Assembly: GCA_963700145.1 (NCBI GenBank)
Contig: OY969474.1
Location: 5,184,001 to 5,248,000 of the forward strand
Origin: an uncultured Acidobacteriota bacterium
Lineage (GTDB): Bacteria; Acidobacteriota; Thermoanaerobaculia; Multivoradales; UBA5704
Length of the DNA stretch: 64,000 nucleotides
Reading direction: 5' to 3'
Part shown: one piece after another, positions 10,378-17,737 of the stretch
Numbering within the stretch: position 1 is the stretch's first letter
Layout: each line of letters opens with the position of its first letter
Made by a program: the position numbers and the translations under genes
Notes under the pieces: model-generated
Databases searched by the model: none
Told to the model about the DNA's origin: nothing
What the model saw: the letters and a program-made list of their open reading frames with translations, nothing else

Positions 10378-10475
10378 GCCACCTAAGACACGGCGTGCCC
10401 TCCTTTGTAGGTCCAGCAGAGCCGTCGCACCGCCAAGCGCTAGAACCCTTCTTCGCGGTTGGTGTCTTTGATGGA

Positions 10476-12701
10476 GTGCCGAACCTGCGGCGGGCGATCG
10501 GTCTGGCCACCGTCCTCCTCCTGCGCAGCTCCGCCGGAGAGGCGCGGGACCCGGTCACGATCGCGGCCGGCCTTCCGGACGGCATGTACTGGCGTCTGGC
10601 GTCTGCTCTCGACGGGCTCGATCCCCAGCTCGCCGTGAAGGCCATCTCGACAGGAGGCTCGACGGAGAACTTGCAACGGCTCGAAGCGGAGGAGGTCCGC
10701 TTCGCGCTCGCGCAGCAGGACGTCGTCAGCGAGCACTTCCGCAACCGGCCAGACACGGAGGTGCGCGTCGTGGGGCGAGTGTTCTACGACTATCTGCACA
10801 TCTTCGTCCGCAAATCCGTCCACTTGGAGACGGCCGGCGATCTGGTCAAGCTCAAGGCCTGGATAGGAGAGCCCGGCAGCGGGACTCGGCTGACCGCCAG
10901 CCGGTTCTTCGACAGCCTTGGAATGCCGGTCTCGTCGCTCGCCGAACGCGTCCAACCGTCCACTGGGAGCTCAGCGGGTAGGCCGGAAGCCCAGTCGACC
11001 ACCTGGAGCGGTCTGGCGGGAGAGTTCCGCAGCGACCGGTTGGATGCCGCCATGATCGTCACTACGCCGGGACTGCCGCTTCTCTGCCGGATGATGAGAT
11101 CGGAAACAGTCTCCCTCTTCTCCCTCGACCCGAAGACGCTGCGCCAGCTGACGAAGGAGGAGGAGACGACGTTCCGGGCGCAGACCGCCATCGGCCGGAT
11201 CCCGGCCGGCACCTACCCGCACCAGTCCGCTCCGGTGGCGACGATCTCCGTTCCCGTCCTCCTCCTGGCCCGCTTCGACGAGAACCCGCGGATCGCCCTC
11301 CGCCTCCTGGAGGCCACGCACGCAGCCTGGGAAACGCTGACCGGCGAAGAGCGACGAGCGGTCGACGGCGAGCCGGGTTGCAACTTCTCGAGCAGCGCTC
11401 CGCGGGCCGCTCCGCTCAGCGCTTCCGGCCTGACCATGCTGCAGGGCGTGCCCGTCGGCGAGCCTCTCTGGCCGCGGATCAGCCGGGCGATGGTGCGGAT
11501 CCTCCTGCTCGTCGCGACCGCCGCCCTGGCCTTCTGGGCCTATCGCCGCCGCTGGCCTGCCCTGGTTCGCAGTCTCTGGCAGCAGGACAGGCTGCCGTTC
11601 ATCTTGGCCCTGCTCCTGGCGTTGGCGATCGCGATGGTGACGGTGACGACGTTTCTCCTGGAGCGCGGGATCAACGAGAACTTCTCGACCATCGGCGAGT
11701 CGTTCTGGTCCATCACGCTCTACCTGTTCAGCGGTCTCGAGAGTCGCAACCCCTATACCGACGGAGGCCGGATCGTTGCGGCGCTCGGTCTGCTCCTCGG
11801 TCCCGCGTTCTTCGCCGTGCTGTCCGGCTGGTTGGCCCGGTTCTTCATCCGGAGGGACAAACGCATGCCTCACGATCTCAGGAACCACTTCCTGCTCCTG
11901 AACTGGAACACGCGGGCCTCGGAACTGGTGCGCGAGCTCCATCACCCGAGCGTGCGCGAGCGGGAGGGAACGTTCGTCGTCGTCGTGCTCACCGACGACG
12001 AGTCGCTGGAGATCCGCCGCTTCAAGGAGGCGGGCAGCGGCCGGGACGCCGCGTTCGAGGACTTCTACGTCAGCATCGGCGACCCGACCGACGAGCGAGC
12101 GCTGAGAAACGCCAATGCGGCCGAGTCCCGGTCCGTCCTTGTCCTTGCCGACGATCAGCACGGAGACGAGCGTACGATCCGCTCCATCCTGATGCTGCGC
12201 AAGATCGCCCGCGACGCGGGTCGCACCGATCTGCACGTCGTGGTGGAGCTGCTGAATCCGGCCAACGGCGCTGCTCTCGATGAGCTGGCCGATGACTTCC
12301 CGGGGTTGCTGGAGCGCATCTCGGGTCTCCAGGTGCGGACGCTCCTGCTCTCGCAGGCGGCGCTCAACGCGGGGATCGTCGACTTCTACTCCGACCTCCT
12401 GCAGATCTCCGAGCGGACGAACGAGATGTACACCCTGGACGTCCCGCTCGCCGCGATCGGCATGCCCTTCCGCGAGTACGCCGCTCTGGTCCTGCGGTCG
12501 AATACCGACGATCCGCTCCTGCCGGTCGGTCTACAGAGGAAGATCGACGGTAGGCCGCGCATCCTCACCAACCCCCGCCAGGGAGAGCCCGGCTGGATCA
12601 TCGAGGCGGGCGACCGCCTGCTGGTCATCGCCTATCAGCCGCCACTGACGCCCGCGCTGCCGGTGCCGGATGGGGCGGAGCTGGTGCGAGCCGTGGTCTA
12701 G
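10476..12701 (+). CDS. TAXI-family solute-binding domain fused to a 2TM/pore ion-channel domain and RCK-like domains
   Basis: TAXI motifs (STGGSTENL, ALAQQD, GEPGSGT, IPAGTYP), TM helices, pore-like ESFWSITLYLFSG...PYTDGGR, then HFLLLNWN, GDPTDERALRNANA, GDRLLVI. Start uncertain (GTG 10476 gives a signal peptide; ORF open from 10395). Confidence 0.8.
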   Translation: MPNLRRAIGLATVLLLRSSAGEARDPVTIAAGLPDGMYWRLASALDGLDPQLAVKAISTGGSTENLQRLEAEEVRFALAQQDVVSEHFRNRPDTEVRVVGRVFYDYLHIFVRKSVHLETAGDLVKLKAWIGEPGSGTRLTASRFFDSLGMPVSSLAERVQPSTGSSAGRPEAQSTTWSGLAGEFRSDRLDAAMIVTTPGLPLLCRMMRSETVSLFSLDPKTLRQLTKEEETTFRAQTAIGRIPAGTYPHQSAPVATISVPVLLLARFDENPRIALRLLEATHAAWETLTGEERRAVDGEPGCNFSSSAPRAAPLSASGLTMLQGVPVGEPLWPRISRAMVRILLLVATAALAFWAYRRRWPALVRSLWQQDRLPFILALLLALAIAMVTVTTFLLERGINENFSTIGESFWSITLYLFSGLESRNPYTDGGRIVAALGLLLGPAFFAVLSGWLARFFIRRDKRMPHDLRNHFLLLNWNTRASELVRELHHPSVREREGTFVVVVLTDDESLEIRRFKEAGSGRDAAFEDFYVSIGDPTDERALRNANAAESRSVLVLADDQHGDERTIRSILMLRKIARDAGRTDLHVVVELLNPANGAALDELADDFPGLLERISGLQVRTLLLSQAALNAGIVDFYSDLLQISERTNEMYTLDVPLAAIGMPFREYAALVLRSNTDDPLLPVGLQRKIDGRPRILTNPRQGEPGWIIEAGDRLLVIAYQPPLTPALPVPDGAELVRAVV

Positions 12702-12712
12702 CGGAACGGGAC

Positions 12713-14674
12713 CTACCGCAAGTAGCCGAGCGCTTCGAGTCGCCGCCGCTCTTCGTCGGAGAGCGGGCGCGGCTCGGCGCGGCCGACCGGGGCGCGGCGG
12801 GCGGCGAGCCAGCGGCGGAGGAGCTCGCCGAGCTCGCGCTCCGCGGGCAGGCCGCGGCCGGCGAGGCTGCGCTCCTCGCCCGGGTCGGCGCGGAGGTCGT
12901 AGAGGGCCGGGCCGTCGGGGAAGAAGCGGGTGTTGCCGCGCGAGAGGATCAGCTTGCGGTCCGGCGTGCGCACCATCACGCCGAGGCGCGCCGCGTGCTC
13001 GGCGAAGACGGCGCGGCGGCCGCGCCGGCCGGCGGCGGTGAGGGCGCGCAGGTCCTCGCCGTCTTGCGGCGGCGGCGGGAGCCCGGCGGCGGCGAGGAGG
13101 GTGGGGAAGAGGTCGATCGTCTGCACCAGGCCGCGCAGGCGGTGGCCGTGCGGTGGCGGGCCGCCGGCGGTCGGACCCGCGGACGCGGGCCAGCGGACCA
13201 TCAGCGGCACGTGGGTCGTCGTGTCGTGGAGCCCGACGTGACGGTAGAGCACGCCGTGCTCGCCGAGCTGCTCGCCGTGGTCGGAGACGAGGGCTACGAC
13301 CGTCGTTTCGAGGAGGCCGCGGCTGCCGAGGAAGTCGAGGAGGCGCCCGACCTGCCGGTCGAGGTAGGCGACCTCGCCGGCGTAAAGGTCGCGGTGGCCG
13401 CCGAGCACCGGCTCGTCGAAGGCGCGCGGGCCGGTGGGGCGGAAGGGCGTCCAGGCGGCGACCGGAGCGAGACCGTAGGGGAGGCTGGGGCGCGTGCCCA
13501 GGGCGTAGGGGCGCGGCGGGGTGTGCGGGGTGTGCGGGTCGAAGAGATGCACCCAGGCGAGCCAGCGCCGCTGCGCCCGCTCGGGGGCGGCGATCCAGTC
13601 CATCGCCATGTCCACCGCCAGCTCGGCGGCGAAGTGCTCGCCGGCCAGGGTGACGTCGGCGAAGCCCTGGCCGAGGCCGGAGTTGTGGTCGCCGAGGTGG
13701 CGCGCCGAGATCACGGCCAGGGTCTCGTAGCCGCGCCGCCGGAAGAGCTCCGCCAGCGTCGTGTGGGCGCGCGGCAGCGGCGTCGAGAGGTCGTAGACGC
13801 CGTGGTCCTTGCCGTAGAGGCCGGTGAAGATCGAGGCGAAGCTGGGGTTGGTGACGTTGAAGGCGGTGAAGGCGTCCATCCAGACGTCGCTCTCCGCCGC
13901 CAGCCGGTCCATGGCCGGCGTCAGGCTGGGGCCGCCCTGCCGCCAGGGGCCGAGGGCGTCGGCGCGTACGGTGTCGAGGCCGAGGACGAGGACGTTGGGG
14001 GCCGCGGGGTTGATCTGCCGGGGAGCGCCGGTCGCGGACGGCGGCGGCAGCGGCTTGCGGCCGTAGACCGCGGGGCTGCCCCAGAGGGCCGCCGGCGGCG
14101 GGGCGCCGGCCGGGGCGGCCGGCAGCGGCCCGAGCGGGCGCACCTCGAAGAGGAGGTCCACAGCCTTGCCGGCCCAAGGCGCGAGCGGCAGCTCGACCGC
14201 CGCCGGCGCGATCGGCGCCACCGGCGTCACCGGCCGGCGCCAGAGCTCGCGCTCGGCGCCGCCACGCTCGCCGCGATCCGCGACCGCCCGCGCGGTGACG
14301 CGGTAGGTGCAGGCGCAGCCGGCCTCGGCCCCGAGCGGCACGAAGGAGAGGTAAGGCTCCGTGCCGAGCGCCACCCGCCAGCGCAGGCGCGAGCCCGCGG
14401 TCTGCGCCACCGCCCGTACCTGCCCGGCGGTGCGGCGCGGGAAGGCGACGAGCTGCGAGGGCGGGATCTTCGCCATGTCCCGCACCTCGGCGGTGCCGAG
14501 GAACGAGATCGTCTGGGTCGAGGCCCGCAGCCACCGGCTCCCCGGTGGCGGCGCCTCGACGACCGGCTTCGCCAGCCAGAGGTCAACACGCTGCCACGGT
14601 AGCGGCAGCGGCGCCGCGGACTCGCGCGTGCAAGCGGCGAATAGCGCCAGCGCGAGAGCGAGGACGCGGCGCAT
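12713..14674 (-). CDS. Sulfatase-like/alkaline phosphatase superfamily lipoprotein
   Basis: Lipobox LFAAC; PNVLVLGLDTVRAD, TNPSFASIFTG, HLFDPHTP, SDHGE, LYDLRADPGE, LEALGYL. Confidence 0.85.
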   Translation of the reverse strand: MRRVLALALALFAACTRESAAPLPLPWQRVDLWLAKPVVEAPPPGSRWLRASTQTISFLGTAEVRDMAKIPPSQLVAFPRRTAGQVRAVAQTAGSRLRWRVALGTEPYLSFVPLGAEAGCACTYRVTARAVADRGERGGAERELWRRPVTPVAPIAPAAVELPLAPWAGKAVDLLFEVRPLGPLPAAPAGAPPPAALWGSPAVYGRKPLPPPSATGAPRQINPAAPNVLVLGLDTVRADALGPWRQGGPSLTPAMDRLAAESDVWMDAFTAFNVTNPSFASIFTGLYGKDHGVYDLSTPLPRAHTTLAELFRRRGYETLAVISARHLGDHNSGLGQGFADVTLAGEHFAAELAVDMAMDWIAAPERAQRRWLAWVHLFDPHTPHTPPRPYALGTRPSLPYGLAPVAAWTPFRPTGPRAFDEPVLGGHRDLYAGEVAYLDRQVGRLLDFLGSRGLLETTVVALVSDHGEQLGEHGVLYRHVGLHDTTTHVPLMVRWPASAGPTAGGPPPHGHRLRGLVQTIDLFPTLLAAAGLPPPPQDGEDLRALTAAGRRGRRAVFAEHAARLGVMVRTPDRKLILSRGNTRFFPDGPALYDLRADPGEERSLAGRGLPAERELGELLRRWLAARRAPVGRAEPRPLSDEERRRLEALGYLR

Positions 14675-14680
14675 GCGGCG

Positions 14681-14686
14681 ATTGTA
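14681..14686 (-). promoter_or_regulatory. -10 box TACAAT, probable leaderless promoter of the sulfatase gene
   Basis: TACAAT 6 nt before ATG 14674; no SD. Confidence 0.5.
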
Positions 14687-14760
14687 TCCACGCGGGGGGA
14701 CCTGGGGCGCCGCTGGGCCGGCGGCTGGCGCTGCGCCGCGCGGCAGCGCAGCGCCGCGGT

Positions 14761-15537
14761 TCAACTCGCCGCGGGCGCCTCGGCCGGCCCCTCGCCGGTG
14801 TTGCCGACGTCCCGCTCGAAGTCGTGGACCCAGACGTCGCGCAGGTAGACGCGCTGCGCGGGGGTGAGGGAGGCGAGGACTTCGGGCGCCACCGGGAAGC
14901 GGTGGAACTGCATGCCGACGTGGTTGTAGGAGTAGAAGACCGCGACGCGCGGCCGTTCGGCGTTCTGCCAGGGGGGGCCGCCGTGGGCGGTGTTCTCCGA
15001 GAAGACGACGACCGATCCGGCGGGGCAGCGGGGGCGGCAGAGGAAGGGGGAGCGCCGCTCCGGCTCGAGGAGCTGGTGCGCGGCCGGGACCGGGTAGTTC
15101 GCCTTGTGGCTGCCGGGGAGGAAGCAGGTGCCGCCGTCGTCTTCTCCGACGTCGTTGAGCTCGAAGACGACGCGGGTGAGACCGGAGCGGATGCGGCCGC
15201 CGGTGAAGTGGTAGTGGAAGAAGGGGTCGGGGATCGGACCGCCGTGGTGCAGGTTCATCGGGTGCCGCTGCCCCTTCTCGCGCCAGAGGACGTAGGCGTG
15301 GTCGAGGCGCAGGTAGGGGCCGATGATCTCGCGCAGCAGGTCGACGACGACCGGGTGGTCGATCAGCGCCGCCAGCTCGCCGCCGGGCACGGTGCGCGCG
15401 TGCGGCGGCAGCCTCTCCGGGGCGTGGACCATGAGGTCGATCTGCGCCTTCAGCCGCTCGCACTGCGCCGCCGGCAGCAAGTTCTCGACGACGAGGAAGC
15501 CGTTGAGGTCGAAGAGGAACTTCTGCTCCTCGGTCAC
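14761..15537 (-). CDS. Phytanoyl-CoA dioxygenase (PhyH) family Fe/2OG dioxygenase
   Basis: FDLNGFLVV, LHHGG, GGTCFLPGSHK, GSVVVFSENTAHGG, RVAVFYSY. Confidence 0.85.
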   Translation of the reverse strand: MTEEQKFLFDLNGFLVVENLLPAAQCERLKAQIDLMVHAPERLPPHARTVPGGELAALIDHPVVVDLLREIIGPYLRLDHAYVLWREKGQRHPMNLHHGGPIPDPFFHYHFTGGRIRSGLTRVVFELNDVGEDDGGTCFLPGSHKANYPVPAAHQLLEPERRSPFLCRPRCPAGSVVVFSENTAHGGPPWQNAERPRVAVFYSYNHVGMQFHRFPVAPEVLASLTPAQRVYLRDVWVHDFERDVGNTGEGPAEAPAAS

Positions 15538-16568
15538 GATGGTCGCGCCTCCTTTCCCGCCGCGGCGCAGAGACGCGCGAGGTCCAAGCGGGTGAAAAGA
15601 TCGTCACCGCCGAGGTTGGCGGCGGCGAACCGCCGCAGCGCGCTCTCCTCGCCGGCGGGGTCCTTCTGGTGGAACGAGACGTAGGCGAGGGCGTTGAAGA
15701 AGCGGAGCAAGAGCGGCAGGGTCGCGATCCAGGCGGGCTCCAGCCGTTTCTCCGCCTGGTAGCCGGCGAGGAAGGGGACGAGAAAGCTCCGCGCCCCCTC
15801 CTCCGCCCCGTCCCCCGCCGCCAGGTGGAACAGCGTTACCCAGAGAGTGATCGCGAGGTCGTAGGCGTACCAGGCCCAGCCGCAGTTGTCGAAGTCGAGG
15901 ACGACGACCCGCCCGTCGCGCCAGAGGAGATTGGCGGCGGTGAGGTCGCCGTGGATCATGCCGTAGCTCCCGGCGTCGGCGGGGAGTTGCGCGATCTCCC
16001 GCCAGAGCGCGCGCAGGCGGTCGGCCACCCGGCGCTCGGCGGCGGGGAGGGCGTCGCGCGCACAGTCGCTCAACGCTTCGCCGTCGAGCACGTGGCGGCG
16101 GAAGCCGCTCGGCGAAGCGAAAGAGCGGGAGAGGGCGTGGATCCGTCCGGCGGTCCGCCCCCACTCCGCGAACAGCGCTTCCCCCCAGGCGCGGCCGGGC
16201 GCGCAGCCGACCCTGAGACCGTGTGCCTGGTGGAGCGCCACCGCGCAGCAGGGTCCCTCTTCGGGGTGCCCGACGCTCTCCACCCAGCGGCCGGCGAGGG
16301 ACGGGACCGGCGGCGGGACCGCGACGCCGCTGGCGTCGAGGAAGCGCACCCAGGCCAGCTCCTCCTCGATGTGCCGCCGGTCGCGGTGCGCCTGCCGGCT
16401 CAGCCGCAGGACCAGCGGGCAGCCGTCGCGGGTGAAGCGGTAGAGGCGGTGGTTGGTGGAGCCGCGCAGCGGCCGGATGCTTTCGCGATCGCCCCCCCAA
16501 CGCTCGACGATCTCGCGCAGGCCGTCCGGCGCGAGCGGCCGCGGGCGGTAGCCGTCGATCCCGCTCAA
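15534..16568 (-). CDS. APH/choline-kinase-like phosphotransferase
   Basis: LVLRLS, YGMIHGDLTAANL, VLDFDNC, YDLAI; TTG start overlapping upstream TGA (TTGA). Confidence 0.85.
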   Translation of the reverse strand: MSGIDGYRPRPLAPDGLREIVERWGGDRESIRPLRGSTNHRLYRFTRDGCPLVLRLSRQAHRDRRHIEEELAWVRFLDASGVAVPPPVPSLAGRWVESVGHPEEGPCCAVALHQAHGLRVGCAPGRAWGEALFAEWGRTAGRIHALSRSFASPSGFRRHVLDGEALSDCARDALPAAERRVADRLRALWREIAQLPADAGSYGMIHGDLTAANLLWRDGRVVVLDFDNCGWAWYAYDLAITLWVTLFHLAAGDGAEEGARSFLVPFLAGYQAEKRLEPAWIATLPLLLRFFNALAYVSFHQKDPAGEESALRRFAAANLGGDDLFTRLDLARLCAAAGKEARPS

Positions 16569-17737
16569 CGCGCCGCCTCCTCGAGCCAGAGCTCTGCGTG
16601 CGCCGGCAGCCGCGCCCGCTCGAGCGCCTGCTCGACGAGCGCGGAGACCCGCTCGAGCGAGTACTCGCGGCGGACGCGGTGCCGCCCCCGCTCGCCCATC
16701 GCCCGCCGCTCCGGCTCCGCCGCCAGCCTCGCCAGCGACAGGCTCAGCCCGAGCGAGCCGTGCTCCGGCGGGTTGAGCAGCCCGCTCTCGCCGTGGTGGA
16801 CGATCTCGGCGAGGCCGCCGACGGCGTTGGCGACCACCGGCAGACCCAGGAGGTGGGCCTCCAGGGCGACCAGCCCGAACGGCTCGTAGCGCGAGGGCAC
16901 GACCACGAGATCGGCCGCCGCGAGGAGGCTCAGGAAGCGCGGTCGCGGCTGCCAGGGGAGGAAGGCGTAGCTGTCGGCCGGCAGGTCGCGGAGGAGGTAG
17001 GCGAAGCGGTCCTTGTTGGCGAGGACCAAGAGGAAGACGTCCTGCCGCTGCCGATGGAAGCGGACGAAGGCCCGGTAGGCTAGGTCGGCCCCCTTCGCGT
17101 AATCGGAGAAGCGCCCCGCCGCGGCGACGACGAGCGGCCGCCGCCCCTGCTCGCGCCGCGCCGGCGGGAGGAAGCCGTCGTCCGGCTCGACGGCGTCGAA
17201 CTCCTCGAGAGGCAGCCCGTTGGGGATCACGGCGACGCCGCCGGAGGCGAGGTCGTAGCCGAAGGCCAGCGCCTCCCGCACCTCCTGGGGCGAGAGGAAG
17301 ACGTTGAGCGCGGCGTGCGCCGCCGCCTCCATCTGCGCCGCCGCCTGCGCCCTCTGGCGCGCCCGTGGCCGCAGCTCGGCGCGGGCATAGGGGCCGAGCA
17401 GCGCCTGGAAGTGGTTGACCAGCGGCACCTCCGCCTCCCACGGGCGGAGGCAGGCGACGACCTCGCAGCCGAACGACAGTGCGCCCAGGTTGTAGACCAG
17501 GTCGTAGGCGCCGAGGTCGATGCGGTCCGCCAGGAAGCGCGTGAGCCGCTCGGGGTCGCCGCGCGTCGGCTCGTCGACCGGGAACGCCACCTCGCCGGGG
17601 ACGGAGTCGCCGTCGGCGCGCGCCACGACGTCGACGCGGTGGCGCCGGCGCAGCGCCTCGACCAGCGCCCGGCAGGCCACCTCCGAGCCGTTGTGCTCCG
17701 GCCAGCGCAGGAAGTCGGTGACGACGAGGAGGTTCAA
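16565..17737 (-). CDS. Glycosyltransferase family 4 (GT-B)
   Basis: VIPNG, KGAD, ADLVVVPSRYEPFGLVALEA, PVVANAVGGLAEIV; TTGA overlap start. Confidence 0.9.
   Translation of the reverse strand: MNLLVVTDFLRWPEHNGSEVACRALVEALRRRHRVDVVARADGDSVPGEVAFPVDEPTRGDPERLTRFLADRIDLGAYDLVYNLGALSFGCEVVACLRPWEAEVPLVNHFQALLGPYARAELRPRARQRAQAAAQMEAAAHAALNVFLSPQEVREALAFGYDLASGGVAVIPNGLPLEEFDAVEPDDGFLPPARREQGRRPLVVAAAGRFSDYAKGADLAYRAFVRFHRQRQDVFLLVLANKDRFAYLLRDLPADSYAFLPWQPRPRFLSLLAAADLVVVPSRYEPFGLVALEAHLLGLPVVANAVGGLAEIVHHGESGLLNPPEHGSLGLSLSLARLAAEPERRAMGERGRHRVRREYSLERVSALVEQALERARLPAHAELWLEEAAR

Noticed and set aside
12713-15607. Track ORFs with long N-terminal extensions (964-aa sulfatase; likewise 1098-aa M16, 767-aa PyrG, 741-aa TrpD, 662-aa BNR) as fusions
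   Set aside because: Extensions are off-frame read-through across neighbouring genes; real starts are internal.
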